From the NCBI GenBank assembly GCA_965249725.1, contig CBDFMQ010000002.1, positions 704,001 through 768,000 of the forward strand: DNA of 64,000 nucleotides, written 5' to 3'. This DNA comes from Longimicrobiales bacterium (GTDB lineage: Bacteria; Gemmatimonadota; Gemmatimonadetes; Longimicrobiales; Gaopeijiaceae). Below are positions 10,122 to 21,125 of this stretch, one piece after another (positions within the stretch are counted from its first letter, which is position 1; every line of letters starts with the position of its first letter). The notes beneath the pieces were generated by a model. It ran no database searches. It was not told the origin of the DNA and was given only the letters and a program-made list of their open reading frames with translations. The translations under genes were made by a program, and so were the position numbers.

Positions 10122-11398
10122 CGGACGACCTTCTCCTCGAGGAACCGTTCGCCGGGCTGACGCATGGAATCGAGTGGGGCCTCGGGAGAATGGAGGCCTT
10201 CCTGCGGGACACGGGAGACCCTCACCTCTCGTATCCGAGCATCCACGTGGGGGGCACCAACGGCAAGGGGTCGGTGGCCGCGACCGTGGCCTCGGTGCTC
10301 GATCGAGCGGAGATCCGGACCGGGCTCTACACCTCTCCTCATCTTTGCTCGTTCCGCGAACGGTTTCACGTGTCCGGGGAGCCGGTTCGAGAAGGCGAAC
10401 TGCGAGGTATAGCTCGGGACCTGAAGGACGACATCGTCCGCCATGAGCTGACCTTCTTCGAAGCGGCAACCGCGGTGGCGTTCCACCTGTTCGCACGAGA
10501 CCCGGTGGACGTTGCGGTCGTCGAGGTGGGCCTGGGTGGTCGCTTGGATGCCACCAACGTCCTCACACCGCTGCTTACCGCCATCACCAACGTGGCGAAG
10601 GATCACTCCGAATATCTCGGTGAATCCCTCGATGATATCGCGAGAGAGAAGGCGGGGATCATCAAGGCCGGCGTGCCGCTCCTCACGGCGGAGAGCGACG
10701 AGAGGCTGTTGTCGATTCTCGGGGAGGTCTGCGATCGCGCGGGGGCGCCGTTTTGGCCCCTTCGCCCCGATCCGGTGAGGATGGACCTCGAGGTCACGCA
10801 GAGCGGGACGTCGTTCACCGTCGATACCGAGGCATGGGGACGTCTGAGCCTACGCACGCCACTGGTGGGCGAGCATCAAGCCGTGAACGGAGCTTTGTCA
10901 GTGGCCATTCTCGCGGGGCTGCCGGACGCGCTGCGTCCCGAGGCCGAGGCCGTCGTCGAGGGGGTCGCCGGCGTCCGTTGGCCGGGCCGTTCGCAGATCG
11001 CGGTTCTCGACGGTCGGACGTGGTTCTTCGACGTGGCGCACAACGCCGCCGGTGCAGAGACGCTGGCCACGGTGCTCGACGGGTTCGACCTGCCGCGACC
11101 GGTGGTCCTGGTTGCGGCCGTTCTGGGCGACAAAGACTGGCGTGCCATGCTGCCACCGCTTCTGAGTAGGACCGACCACGCTTTGTTCACGCAGGCGCCG
11201 TCGGCCCCCCCCGAGCGGCGATGGGATCCGAATGCGGCTACGGAGGTGGTGGGTGGCGGCGACGTCGAGATCCATGATGCCTTCGATGTGGCGCTGGAGC
11301 GCGCAAAGGAGTTGGCGGGGTCGGGAACCGTCGTGGTGACCGGGTCGAACCACACCGTGGGCGACGCTTTGCAGCGTCTGAATCTGTCGCCGTCCTGA
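10118..11398 (+). CDS. folC: Folylpolyglutamate synthase / dihydrofolate synthase
   Basis: HVGGTNGKGS, YTSPHL, EVGLGGRLDATN, DVAHN. Confidence 0.93.
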   Translation: MTDDLLLEEPFAGLTHGIEWGLGRMEAFLRDTGDPHLSYPSIHVGGTNGKGSVAATVASVLDRAEIRTGLYTSPHLCSFRERFHVSGEPVREGELRGIARDLKDDIVRHELTFFEAATAVAFHLFARDPVDVAVVEVGLGGRLDATNVLTPLLTAITNVAKDHSEYLGESLDDIAREKAGIIKAGVPLLTAESDERLLSILGEVCDRAGAPFWPLRPDPVRMDLEVTQSGTSFTVDTEAWGRLSLRTPLVGEHQAVNGALSVAILAGLPDALRPEAEAVVEGVAGVRWPGRSQIAVLDGRTWFFDVAHNAAGAETLATVLDGFDLPRPVVLVAAVLGDKDWRAMLPPLLSRTDHALFTQAPSAPPERRWDPNAATEVVGGGDVEIHDAFDVALERAKELAGSGTVVVTGSNHTVGDALQRLNLSPS

Positions 11399-11482
11399 TC
11401 GGGCGCCGAAACGCCCGTTTCGACGGGGTTCCAGAACCCTTGGCCACTGTACATTTGAGACGCCTGGTATAGATTCGCCCGC

Positions 11483-12766
11483 ATGTCGAAGCCGATCTTC
11501 GCGCGCCTTCCCGGATTCCGTGATTTTGTCCCGGAAGACTTCGCCTTCCGTGAGCATATCCTGGACGCATGGCGCCGAGTCGCCGTGCGGTATGGCTTCG
11601 CCCAATACGACGGTCCGCCGTTGGAGCCACTCGCCCTCTATGTGGAAAAGAGCGGCGAGGAGATCGTCGGCCAGCTCTACAACTTCGTGGACAAGGGGGA
11701 GCGAGAGGTCTCGTTACGTCCCGAGATGACCCCGTCTTTGGCCCGCATCCTGGCTGAGCACAGTCGCTCGCTCGCGAAGCCGATCCGCTGGTTCTCCACC
11801 CCGCAGTTGTTCCGCTACGAGCGGCAGCAGAGGGGGCGATTGAGGGAGCACTTTCAGTGGAACGTCGACATCGTCGGTGAGGAAGCGATCTCTGCGGATG
11901 TCGAGGTGCTGGCCGTGGGCCTGGACGGGCTGCGCGAACTCGGACTCGGTGCCGAAGACATCGTGGCACGGGTGTCCGATCGGCGCCTTCTGTCTGCGGT
12001 GCTCACGGCCTTCGGGGTGACCGAGGAACGTCTGGCGTCCGCCTACGCCATCATCGACAAGATCGAGCGCGCGGATTCGGACCGGTCCCTCGAGAGACTT
12101 CGGACTGAAGCCGGGCTCAGCGAAGAGAGTGCGAGTTCCGCACTGCAACTGTTCACCGACGGTACGCTGGACGGGGTCGCGTCGCTCATGGGTGAGCGGG
12201 AAGGGGTCGGTGCCGAACTGGAGCGCTTGGAGGACTACTTCGGTCAACTGACGGCGATGGGTCTCGGACCCTATGTGGAGTTCGATCTCAGAATCGTACG
12301 AGGGCTGGCCTACTACACCGGGATCGTGTTCGAACTCTTCGATCGCAAAGGAGAGTTGCGGGCCATCTGCGGAGGCGGACGCTATGACCGGCTTCTGGAG
12401 CTGGTCGGCGGAGACCCGCTGCCCGCTGTGGGGTTCGGCATGGGCGACGTCGTGCTGGGAGAGCTGATCCGCGATCGCGCGCTCATGCCCGAAACGGGTC
12501 CAGAGGTCGACTACTACATCGTGATCATCGGGGAGGAGCACCGAGGGTTGGCGCTTGCCATCGCTCACGCCAACCGGGACCGGGGTCGCAGCGTCCTCTA
12601 CAGCCTGAGAGACCAGTCGGTGCGGAAGCAGTTCACAGCGGCGGGCAACGCCGGTGCGAAGGATGTCATCGTATTGGGCCCCGATGAGGTAGCACGAGGT
12701 CAGGCGGTGGTGCGCAACATGGCCTCGGGACAGGAGCGGGAGGTTCCTCTGGAGGAGCTCGAGTGA
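11483..12766 (+). CDS. hisS: Histidine--tRNA ligase
   Basis: LRPEMT, FRYERQQRGRLREH, RGLAYYTG, GGGRYD. Confidence 0.95.
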   Translation: MSKPIFARLPGFRDFVPEDFAFREHILDAWRRVAVRYGFAQYDGPPLEPLALYVEKSGEEIVGQLYNFVDKGEREVSLRPEMTPSLARILAEHSRSLAKPIRWFSTPQLFRYERQQRGRLREHFQWNVDIVGEEAISADVEVLAVGLDGLRELGLGAEDIVARVSDRRLLSAVLTAFGVTEERLASAYAIIDKIERADSDRSLERLRTEAGLSEESASSALQLFTDGTLDGVASLMGEREGVGAELERLEDYFGQLTAMGLGPYVEFDLRIVRGLAYYTGIVFELFDRKGELRAICGGGRYDRLLELVGGDPLPAVGFGMGDVVLGELIRDRALMPETGPEVDYYIVIIGEEHRGLALAIAHANRDRGRSVLYSLRDQSVRKQFTAAGNAGAKDVIVLGPDEVARGQAVVRNMASGQEREVPLEELE

Positions 12767-13071
12767 CGTCGAGCAACGGCGCCCACCCTGAGACGCGGCG
12801 CATGATGGAGACGGCAATTCGGCGCTTGAACGCGCTCGAGTACCTGATAATCGGGGCGGCGATGGGTTTCGCCTTGGCGGCCGGCGCGCTCACGGCTTGG
12901 ATGCTGGGAACCGCTGTCGGCTTCCCGTTCAGGATCACCTGGATGGTGGCGTCGCTCCTGTTCTTTGCGGTGCCCGGTTCGTTGGTGCTTCTGAAGGAGC
13001 GCCGGTCCCAGTCGCCTCACGATACGAGAGGCCCGAACGACGGGTCCACAACCAAGAGAGATGATGGCTGA
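12763..13071 (+). CDS. Small two-TM hypothetical membrane protein
   Basis: Two hydrophobic segments; overlaps hisS stop and proS start. Confidence 0.65.
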   Translation: MTSSNGAHPETRRMMETAIRRLNALEYLIIGAAMGFALAAGALTAWMLGTAVGFPFRITWMVASLLFFAVPGSLVLLKERRSQSPHDTRGPNDGSTTKRDDG

Positions 13072-14524
13072 CGACAAGAAGTTGACCCCCCGCGACGAGG
13101 ATTTCGCGGCCTGGTACAACGAGCTGGTGCTCAGGTCCGAGCTTGCGGACTACTCCCCGGTCCGGGGATGTATGGTCATTCGCCCGTGGGGATATGGCAT
13201 CTGGGAGAACATGCAGCGGGCCCTGGACGACATGTTCAAGGCCACCGGCCACGAGAACGCGTCATTTCCGCTCCTGATTCCGATGAGCTTCATCGAAAAG
13301 GAAAAGGAGCACATCGAGGGGTTCAAGCCGGAGCTCGCCGTGGTTACCCATGCCGGTGGCAAGGAGCTGGAGGAAGCTCTGGTTATCCGGCCCACTTCCG
13401 AGACCGTCATCATGTCGATGTACGCGAAGTGGATCCAGAGCTACCGCGACCTTCCCCTACTCATCAACCAGTGGGGGAACGTGATGCGCTGGGAGCTGCG
13501 CACCCGGCTCTTCCTGAGGACCTCCGAGTTCCTGTGGCAGGAAGGCCACACGGTGCACGCGACGGCTGAAGAGGCCGAGGAGCACACGCGGCGCATGCTC
13601 GGTGTCTACCGGACGTTCATGGAGGACTGGATGGCCATGCCGCCCGTGACCGGACTCAAGTCGGAGGCCGAGAAGTTCGCCGGCGCGGTACGCAGCTACG
13701 CGTGCGAAGCGATGATGCAGGACAACCGTGCGTTGCAGGCCGGCACTTCGCACTTCCTGGGCCAGAATTTCTCCAAGCAATTCGAGTTGACCTTCCAGAC
13801 GGAGGAGGGCAGGGAGGAGTTCGGCTGGAATACGTCCTGGGGCGTGTCCACCCGGCTTGTGGGCGGGTTGGTCATGACACACGGAGACGATCAAGGACTC
13901 GTGCTCCCGCCGAAGCTGGCGCCGACACAGGTCGTCATCGTTCCGATCCTGAAGGGCGACGACCACGGGCCAGTGCTCGAGAAGGCCGATGCGGTTCGGG
14001 ATGCATTGGTGGCGCAGGGCGTCCGGACCAAGGTCGACGCCCGGGACTATCTCAGCCCGGGCAACAAGTACTACGAGTGGGAGAGGAAGGGTGTCCCCCT
14101 CAGAATGGAGATCGGCCCCAGGGACATGGAGTCCGGACAGGTGGCGCTCGCGAAGCGGCTGCGCTCGGAGGACGAACCTCGCAAGGAGTTCATCCCGGAG
14201 GCCGAGGCCTTGGCGACGATGGGGGATCGCCTCGACGCGCTGCAGGCGCAGCTGTTAGAGACCGCGAAGGCCAGGCGGGAAGAGAACTCCTACAGGGGAG
14301 TGAACGATCTGGGCGAGTTGGCCGAGATCATGAATACCAAGGGTGGCTTCGTCTACACCGGCTGGAGTGGCGACCCAGCCGTGGAGGAGCGCATCAAAGA
14401 GGAGACCAAGGCGACGCTGCGCTGTATTCCCGATGAGGAGTTCCAGTCCGGTGAAGCTCCCGCACGGTGCATCGGCGGAGAAAAGGACTCCACGATGGAG
14501 GTGGTGTGGGCCAAGGCCTACTGA
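13064..14524 (+). CDS. proS: Proline--tRNA ligase (archaeal/eukaryote-like type)
   Basis: IRPTSE, FLRTSEFLWQEGH, QAGTSHFLGQNF, C-terminal AKAY. Confidence 0.95.
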   Translation: MADDKKLTPRDEDFAAWYNELVLRSELADYSPVRGCMVIRPWGYGIWENMQRALDDMFKATGHENASFPLLIPMSFIEKEKEHIEGFKPELAVVTHAGGKELEEALVIRPTSETVIMSMYAKWIQSYRDLPLLINQWGNVMRWELRTRLFLRTSEFLWQEGHTVHATAEEAEEHTRRMLGVYRTFMEDWMAMPPVTGLKSEAEKFAGAVRSYACEAMMQDNRALQAGTSHFLGQNFSKQFELTFQTEEGREEFGWNTSWGVSTRLVGGLVMTHGDDQGLVLPPKLAPTQVVIVPILKGDDHGPVLEKADAVRDALVAQGVRTKVDARDYLSPGNKYYEWERKGVPLRMEIGPRDMESGQVALAKRLRSEDEPRKEFIPEAEALATMGDRLDALQAQLLETAKARREENSYRGVNDLGELAEIMNTKGGFVYTGWSGDPAVEERIKEETKATLRCIPDEEFQSGEAPARCIGGEKDSTMEVVWAKAY

Positions 14525-14546
14525 TGGGCCACCCGGCTGGAGGGGT

Positions 14547-15818
14547 GTGAGCCGCCCCTTTCCCCGTCTCGACGGCGAGCTCCACGTCGGCGAGCATGCC
14601 GTGGCGGAGCTCGCTGCGGAGTTCGGCACGCCTCTGTACGTCTACGACGCGGAGGTCATTGCCTCCGCCTATCGACAGATCGAGTCGGCCTTCGACGGGG
14701 TCGATCTGCTCATGGCCTACTCGGTCAAGGCGAACGGTAATCTCGACATCCTGAGACGCCTCGTCGCTCTGGGAGCCGGCGCCGACATCGTCAGCATCGG
14801 AGAACTCCATCGCTGCCTGGTGGCCGGGGTGCCCCCGGAGCGGATCGTCTTCGCCGGAGTCGGGAAGACTGAGGCCGAGATGGAGGCCGCTCTGACCGCC
14901 GACATCCTGGCCTTCAACATCGAGAGCGAGGGTGAGCTTCGTGTGCTCGACGCGGTCGCGACCCGGATGGGCAAGCGTGCGCCCGTGGCGGTCCGGGTGA
15001 ATCCGGACGTCTTGGCCGATACCCCTCATGAATACACGCGCACTGGGCACGGCGAATCCAAGTTCGGAGTCCCTTTGGATCGCGTTCTCGATCTCTATCG
15101 ATGGGCCGCGGGAAGGCCCGGACTCGAGATCGTGGGCATCGACGTCCACATCGGCTCCCAGATCCTCGAGCCGGACCCCTATCAAAGAGCGCTCGATGAG
15201 ATCCTCGGGCTCGCCGAGACGCTGGCCGGGGAGGGTATTGAACTCCGTTTCGTCGACCTAGGCGGAGGCTACGGCGTGAGCTACGAAGATGAGACGCGCA
15301 TGTCGGTCACCGACCTCGCCAGCCTGGTGCTGCCGCGGGTGAAAGAGGCGGGACTGACCCTCATCCTGGAGCCCGGTCGGTTCATCGTGGGCGAGGCAGG
15401 CCTGCTGGTCACGAAGGTGCTCTATGTAAAGGACGAGGGGCCGAGGACGTTCGTTGTCACGGACGGTGGGATGACCGAGTTGATCAGGCCCAGCCACTAC
15501 CAAGGCTTCCACGACATCGAGCCGGTGTTGTCACGCCCAGACGCGATCCCGACAGTGGTCGACGTGGTCGGCCCCATCTGCGAGAGTGGAGACTTCCTGG
15601 CGCGCGACAGAGAATTGGCTCTTCCGCAGGAGGGGGATCTGCTGGCCGTGCACACCGTGGGCGCCTACGGCTTTGCCATGGCATCCAATTACAACTCGCG
15701 CCCTCGAGCCGCCGAGGTGGTGGTCGACGGGTCGAGCGTGGTTCTGGCTCGCCGCCGGGAGAACCTCGACGACCTGATCCGGGGAGAGCGGCTTCCCGAC
15801 GGGAGCTTGTCCCCGTGA
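14547..15818 (+). CDS. lysA: Diaminopimelate decarboxylase
   Basis: GTPLYVYD, YSVKAN, HIGSQ, EPGRF, GPICESGD, SNYNSRP. Confidence 0.93.
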   Translation: MSRPFPRLDGELHVGEHAVAELAAEFGTPLYVYDAEVIASAYRQIESAFDGVDLLMAYSVKANGNLDILRRLVALGAGADIVSIGELHRCLVAGVPPERIVFAGVGKTEAEMEAALTADILAFNIESEGELRVLDAVATRMGKRAPVAVRVNPDVLADTPHEYTRTGHGESKFGVPLDRVLDLYRWAAGRPGLEIVGIDVHIGSQILEPDPYQRALDEILGLAETLAGEGIELRFVDLGGGYGVSYEDETRMSVTDLASLVLPRVKEAGLTLILEPGRFIVGEAGLLVTKVLYVKDEGPRTFVVTDGGMTELIRPSHYQGFHDIEPVLSRPDAIPTVVDVVGPICESGDFLARDRELALPQEGDLLAVHTVGAYGFAMASNYNSRPRAAEVVVDGSSVVLARRRENLDDLIRGERLPDGSLSP

Positions 15819-15861
15819 GGCTCTGTGACCGATTGAGGCCCTGTTACCCAGCGGAGGCCCT

Positions 15862-17409
15862 ATGACCGAGCACGACCGGATTCTGATTCTCGACTTCGGA
15901 TCCCAGTACACCCAGCTCATCGCCCGCCGAATCCGAGAAGAGCGGGTCTACTCCGAGGTCCATCCGCCCACGCGATCGCTCGACTGGATCCGCGAGTGGA
16001 ACCCGAAGGGGATCATCCTCTCGGGAGGACCCGCTTCGGTGTACGACGAGGGCGTACCCACCGCGGAGCCCGGGCTGTTGGAGCTTGGTGTGCCGGTTCT
16101 GGGCATCTGCTACGGGCTCCACGTCATCGCCCAGATGGAGGGTGCCGAGGTCGTGGTCGGCAAACGCGAGTACGGTCGAGCGGAGTTGACCGTCCGCGAT
16201 CCCGGAGAGCTGTTCGACGGGTTCACGGAGGACGAGCCCACTCAAGTGTGGTGCTCGCACGGTGACCATGTCGATGCACCTCCGCCGGGCTACGAGACCC
16301 TCGCCTCTACCGAGACGCTCTCCGTTGCCGCGTTCAAACATGAGACCCGCCCGATCTATGCCGTGCAGTTCCATCCCGAGGTCGCGCACACCGTCCGAGG
16401 CGAAGAGATCATCTCGAACTTCCTTCTCCGGATCTGTGAATGTCGTCCTACGTGGACGGCCGGGGCGTTCATCGAAGAGTCGGTCGCGGCGATCCGGGAG
16501 ACTGTAGGTGACGGTACCGTTATCTGCGGCCTTTCAGGAGGTGTGGATTCCTCGGTGGCGGCGGCGTTGGTGCACAGAGCCATCGGAGATCGCCTCACGT
16601 GCATCTTCGTCGACAACGGCGTGCTCAGGAAGCACGAACGGGAGAACGTGGAGCGTACCTTCCGAAAGCACATGGGCATTCGACTGATCGTCGTGGACGC
16701 GGCGGCGGACTTCTTGACCGCCTTGGCCGGGGTCGAAGAGCCCGAGGAGAAGAGGAGACGGATCGGACACGTGTTCATCGACGTCTTCAGCCGGGTCGCA
16801 AGCGAGGAAGTGCCCGGCGCCGGTCACTTGGTACAGGGCACCCTCTATCCCGACGTAATCGAATCCCTGTCCACCGGTGGGCCGTCGGAGACCATCAAGA
16901 CGCACCACAACGTGGGCGGATTGCCCGAGGACCTTCCGTTCGAGCTCATCGAACCGCTGCGCGAGCTCTTCAAGGACGAGGTGCGCCAAGTCGGCCGGGA
17001 GCTGAGCCTGCCCGAAGAGTTCATACGCCGGCATCCGTTTCCCGGGCCCGGGCTCGCGATACGTGTTCTCGGGGAGGTGACGGAGGAGAGGCTGGCGGTG
17101 CTCCGCGAGGCCGACACGATCTATCTGGACGAGATCCACGCGGCGGGCCTCTACGACGAGATCTGGCAGGCCTTCGCGGTGCTGCTGCCCGTGCGGGCCG
17201 TGGGTGTCATGGGTGACAACCGGACCTATGAGAACGTGGTGGCGCTCCGTGCCGTCACGTCACGGGACGGGATGACCGCGGATTGGTATCCGTTCCCGCA
17301 CGACGTCCTCAGCAGGATATCGTCTCGCATCAGCAACGAGGTGGTGGGTGTGAACCGGGTCTGCTACGACGTTTCGTCGAAGCCTCCCGGCACCATCGAG
17401 TGGGAGTAG
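15862..17409 (+). CDS. guaA: GMP synthase (glutamine-hydrolysing)
   Basis: [35 protein letters not shown]. Confidence 0.96.
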   Translation: MTEHDRILILDFGSQYTQLIARRIREERVYSEVHPPTRSLDWIREWNPKGIILSGGPASVYDEGVPTAEPGLLELGVPVLGICYGLHVIAQMEGAEVVVGKREYGRAELTVRDPGELFDGFTEDEPTQVWCSHGDHVDAPPPGYETLASTETLSVAAFKHETRPIYAVQFHPEVAHTVRGEEIISNFLLRICECRPTWTAGAFIEESVAAIRETVGDGTVICGLSGGVDSSVAAALVHRAIGDRLTCIFVDNGVLRKHERENVERTFRKHMGIRLIVVDAAADFLTALAGVEEPEEKRRRIGHVFIDVFSRVASEEVPGAGHLVQGTLYPDVIESLSTGGPSETIKTHHNVGGLPEDLPFELIEPLRELFKDEVRQVGRELSLPEEFIRRHPFPGPGLAIRVLGEVTEERLAVLREADTIYLDEIHAAGLYDEIWQAFAVLLPVRAVGVMGDNRTYENVVALRAVTSRDGMTADWYPFPHDVLSRISSRISNEVVGVNRVCYDVSSKPPGTIEWE

Positions 17410-17795
17410 CCGACCACCGCATCCGCCTCGATCTCGATGAGCATGTCCCGGTCGATGAGCCTGCTCACCTCGACCATGGTGGTCGTTGGAGGATGGTCGG
17501 CGAAGGTCGCCTGATGCGCCCGTCCGTATTCCTCCCACCGCTCGATGTCCGTGACGAACATGCGGGTACGCACGATGTCGCTCAGGTCCGCGCCGTGCGC
17601 CGCCAGTGCTTCTCGGATGATCTGGAAGCACCTCAGGGTCTGTGCGTAGCCGTCCCCGACCGCATGGACCCCTCCGCCCTCGGCCACGGGCGCCGTGCCG
17701 GTGACGAAGATCTGGTCTCCGGCCCGCAGAGAACGGCAGTATCCGACCTGTTTCTCCCACGGGGCCCCACTGAAGCTGCGTACGAATTCAGTCAT
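17364..17795 (-). CDS. RidA family protein
   Basis: [34 protein letters not shown]. Confidence 0.88.
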   Translation of the reverse strand: MTEFVRSFSGAPWEKQVGYCRSLRAGDQIFVTGTAPVAEGGGVHAVGDGYAQTLRCFQIIREALAAHGADLSDIVRTRMFVTDIERWEEYGRAHQATFADHPPTTTMVEVSRLIDRDMLIEIEADAVVGYSHSMVPGGFDETS

Positions 17796-18165
17796 TCGTT
17801 TGTGAGCCCTCGTCGGCCATTCGCAGCATCAGCGAGATGCGCGCCTCGGCTTCGTTCCAGATGTCACGCATGTAGTCCGCTTCCGCGTGGTTGACGTCCA
17901 GGAAGAGACGAAAGTCCTCTTCGGAGACCTCGTGCAGGGTGAGCACGCTATCGCGTTCCGCGGCACTCACGTTGCGGGAGGTCTTCCGTAACGCCACGCG
18001 TCGGAGGTCCACGTAGACGTTGATGAACGTCTCGCGATCGATGGTGACCAGGACGGCCGAAGGCGCGTTGTCGCTGCAGGCCAAACCCGCGACCGTGGAG
18101 AGAATCGCTCCGAGAACGATGCCGAATCGGATCGGGCGGGACGTGCGACGCGACGCTTCAGGCAT
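17788..18165 (-). CDS. Hypothetical lipoprotein (possibly DUF4296-like)
   Basis: Signal peptide with lipobox GLAC, helical mature part; ATG at 18165. Confidence 0.6.
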   Translation of the reverse strand: MPEASRRTSRPIRFGIVLGAILSTVAGLACSDNAPSAVLVTIDRETFINVYVDLRRVALRKTSRNVSAAERDSVLTLHEVSEEDFRLFLDVNHAEADYMRDIWNEAEARISLMLRMADEGSQTND

Positions 18166-18330
18166 GTCGACTACGGGCCTCGGCTTGATGGGGAGGAAGA
18201 GGCGGTTTCGGGGCCTCGACCGAGGCCACAATCTAGTATCTTTCGACTGGTCGTCCATCGAGGAGGGCATACCCGGGGGACGCGGTGTCCGATCCCCGCG
18301 TCCGCGGGCACGAAGCGTAGAAGAGGACCC

Positions 18331-19776
18331 ATGATCAGTATGCTCCAACGATGCCGCCTTCCGCTGCTCGTCAGCCTCCTTTCGGTGGCAGGCTGCGCGG
18401 TGAACCCGGCCACGGGTGAGCGCCAGTTCATGCTGTTGAGTGAGAACGACGAGATCGAGATGGGTCGGGACGCCGACGTTCAGGTGACCGAATCGTACGG
18501 GCTGTACGGCTCTCAGGAACTCCAGGATTTCGTTCGCGGGATGGGCGAGGAGCTGGCCGCGGGCTCTGAGCGGCCACAGCTCCCTTGGTCGTTCAAGGTG
18601 GTAGATGACCCTATCGTGAACGCCTTCGCGCTCCCGGGCGGGTTCATCTTTATAACACGGGGCATCCTGGCCAGCCTGAACTCGGAGGCCGAACTCGCCG
18701 GTGTTCTCGGTCACGAGATCGGCCACGTCACGGCCCGACACTCCGCGAGTCAGCTCAGCCGTCAGCAGCTCCAACAGTTCGGCTTGGGGGTGGGGGCGGC
18801 CGTGTCTTCGGACATTGCATCCGCCGCCGGGATGCTCTCCGCCGGGCTGCAGATTCTGAACCTCAGCTACGGCCGTGGTGACGAGTCGCAGTCGGATGAA
18901 CTCGGAGTGCGGTATATGTCCCGGGCCGGCTATGACCCCAACGCGCTCGTCGGTGTCTTCCAGACGCTGGCGCTGGCCGCCGGAGGAGGGGGCAGGCTTC
19001 CCGAGTGGCAGTCGACGCACCCGAATCCCGAGAATAGAGAGGCCAAGATACGCGAGTTGGTGGCGAGTTCGGGGCAGGACTACTCGAGGTACACATCGAG
19101 GAGAGACGAGTACCTGCGTCGCCTCGACGGGATGGTCTACGGTCCGAACCCCCGAGAGGGGTTCTTCGCAGGCAGCCTGTTTCGGCATCTGGACATGGCC
19201 TTCGCCATAGACTTTCCACTCGGCTGGAAGACCGCGAATCAGAAGTCGCAGGTCGTGGCCGTGGCGGAGGACGAGAGCGCCGTTGTCGTGCTTACTCTGG
19301 CTTCGGAGCAGCAGAGCTTGGACGGGGCCATGTCGGGCTTCCTGGCCCAGGACGGGATTTCCGGTGGGGATGTCCGGAGGGTCCCGGTCAATGATCTGGA
19401 TGCCCGCGAATCCCTGTTCGAGGCACAGGCGGACGACGGGACGTTCCGGGGCAGGGTACTCTTCGTGGACCATGACGGCACCATCGTCCGGATTCTCGGC
19501 TACTCGGCTTCAACGAGGTGGCCTGATCACGAAAGCAATGTGGTCAACGCCGCGAGGAGCTTCAGGCCTGAACGCGATGCCGAGGTTCTCGGGGTCGAGC
19601 CTGCTCGACTCGAGATCGTACGGGTTCCGTCCCGGATGACCTTCCTGGAGTTCACGGAGGCCTATCCCTCCACGGTCGACCCCGAGAAGCTGGCCAACCT
19701 CAATCGGCGGACCCTGGATGAGGTGCTGGACGCCGGCACGCTCGTGAAGCGCGTGAACGGAGGGGAGCTTCCCTAG
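18331..19776 (+). CDS. M48 family metalloprotease lipoprotein
   Basis: Lipobox VAGC, NAFALPGG, HEIGH, STHP. Confidence 0.9.
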   Translation: MISMLQRCRLPLLVSLLSVAGCAVNPATGERQFMLLSENDEIEMGRDADVQVTESYGLYGSQELQDFVRGMGEELAAGSERPQLPWSFKVVDDPIVNAFALPGGFIFITRGILASLNSEAELAGVLGHEIGHVTARHSASQLSRQQLQQFGLGVGAAVSSDIASAAGMLSAGLQILNLSYGRGDESQSDELGVRYMSRAGYDPNALVGVFQTLALAAGGGGRLPEWQSTHPNPENREAKIRELVASSGQDYSRYTSRRDEYLRRLDGMVYGPNPREGFFAGSLFRHLDMAFAIDFPLGWKTANQKSQVVAVAEDESAVVVLTLASEQQSLDGAMSGFLAQDGISGGDVRRVPVNDLDARESLFEAQADDGTFRGRVLFVDHDGTIVRILGYSASTRWPDHESNVVNAARSFRPERDAEVLGVEPARLEIVRVPSRMTFLEFTEAYPSTVDPEKLANLNRRTLDEVLDAGTLVKRVNGGELP

Positions 19777-19952
19777 CGTGTGCTACCCTAACGGGGCCGT
19801 ACCGACGGGTCGTGTGGCCCGGATCTTGAAACCTCTATCTGCGGAAACACGAGTTGTAGTGCGTGCAGTCCGCTTGAGGGTCTTGACTCCCCCAGTAGAA
19901 TAGTGTCTGGCGCCGCCCGGCCCTCAGGCAGGTCTCTAAGAAACGGAGTCCA

Positions 19953-20453
19953 ATGGTGAAGCGTACCGCGATCATCCTGCTTCTACTCAGCGTCGTGTGG
20001 GGCTGCTCGAGTAATTCGGTGTCCCGTACCCCCATCGCTGCCGTGGCGCCGTCGCTATCCGTGGAGAGGTTCCTACAGGCGGCGAACACCCGGGATCTCC
20101 CTGCAATGGCCCGTCTGTTCGGGACCCGAAACGGACCGATGGGCGACACGGGGAGTTCGTTCGGTTGCTTCTGGAAGAAGATCGGCGCGGCCTTTGGCGG
20201 GCAGTCCTGCGTGAAATGGAGCGAAGTGGAGCTCCGCATGGACGCCATCGCGGGGATCCTACGCCACGAGGACTACCAGATCGCTGGCGAGCGCACGGTG
20301 GCTGGCACGAACGTCCAGACCATCAGGATCGGGGTCGACATGTCCTTCGCCGGAAGGCGAGAGGTGCCGAATGTCGGGTTCACTGTGGTGCTCGCCGGGG
20401 GAGATCGATGGCTCATCCAGATCATCGAGCTGGAGAGAATCACCGGCAGTTAA
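19953..20453 (+). CDS. Hypothetical lipoprotein
   Basis: Signal peptide ending VWGC, GGAG RBS. Confidence 0.7.
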   Translation: MVKRTAIILLLLSVVWGCSSNSVSRTPIAAVAPSLSVERFLQAANTRDLPAMARLFGTRNGPMGDTGSSFGCFWKKIGAAFGGQSCVKWSEVELRMDAIAGILRHEDYQIAGERTVAGTNVQTIRIGVDMSFAGRREVPNVGFTVVLAGGDRWLIQIIELERITGS

Positions 20454-20530
20454 CAGGCACCTAGCAGGCGCCTACCAGGCCCCTACCAGGCCCCTACCAG
20501 GCCCCTACCAGGCCCCTACCAGGCCCCTAG
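20454..20530. repeat. 11-bp tandem repeat (CAGGCCCCTAC) x7
   Basis: Four perfect central units with degenerate flanking units CAGGCACCTAG, CAGGCGCCTAC, CAGGCCCCTAG. Confidence 0.95.
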
Positions 20531-20656
20531 ACCTGCTCACGCAGGCCGGACTCCCGGGTTCATGTGATGATGAACAATTCACGAGCTTCCTCTTTCTTTT
20601 CCGGGCTGTCCACCCTCCTCGGACACCCCCTTTTACACAATCTTAGTGACACTACC

Positions 20657-21049
20657 CTAGGGGATCTGGACCAGCTCGATCAACACCCCGCCCGTGGTCT
20701 TGGGATGCAGGAAGGCGACTTGGTGCCCACGCGCTCCGGCGCGTGGCTCTTCGTCGATTGGTTGGAACCCTCGTGTCTTTAGTTCTGCGAGGGCGGCAGG
20801 GATGTCCGGGACCCGATAGGCGATATGGTGAAGTCCGGCCCCCTGGCGCTCGAGAAAGCGGGCCACACCGCTTGATTCGGACCGGGGCTCGATGAGTTCG
20901 AGAGCCCCTAGGAAGGCGACGTTGACGCCCTGCGAGGGCAGTTCCTCGAGGGGGGAACAAGCACACCCGGTGACGGGTTCGAAGGTCGCCGCCGATTCTT
21001 GGATGGATCGGACTGCGATGGCGACGTGATCGAGCGGATAGCCGTTCAT
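20657..21049 (-). CDS. mce: Methylmalonyl-CoA epimerase (VOC family)
   Basis: LDHVAIAV, GLHHIAYRV, GARGHQVAFLHPK, GVLIELVQ. Confidence 0.85.
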   Translation of the reverse strand: MNGYPLDHVAIAVRSIQESAATFEPVTGCACSPLEELPSQGVNVAFLGALELIEPRSESSGVARFLERQGAGLHHIAYRVPDIPAALAELKTRGFQPIDEEPRAGARGHQVAFLHPKTTGGVLIELVQIP

Positions 21050-21125
21050 GATTGGATTAGATTGAGTCTATGAGCCTGGACCGGATCGTATGGCCGGTCT
21101 TATGAAGGTACAAGGAGACAACCTG

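Noticed and set aside
17364..17409. 46-bp convergent overlap of guaA and the RidA gene
   Set aside because: The tail [10 protein letters not shown] is just the antisense of the conserved guaA end; a common, probably neutral extension.
17788..19473. 561-aa minus-strand ORF
   Set aside because: Mostly the antisense shadow of the M48 protease; only the last 125 codons look like a real lipoprotein.
20454..20530. CRISPR or iteron array
   Set aside because: Contiguous 11-mers with no spacers and no rep gene.
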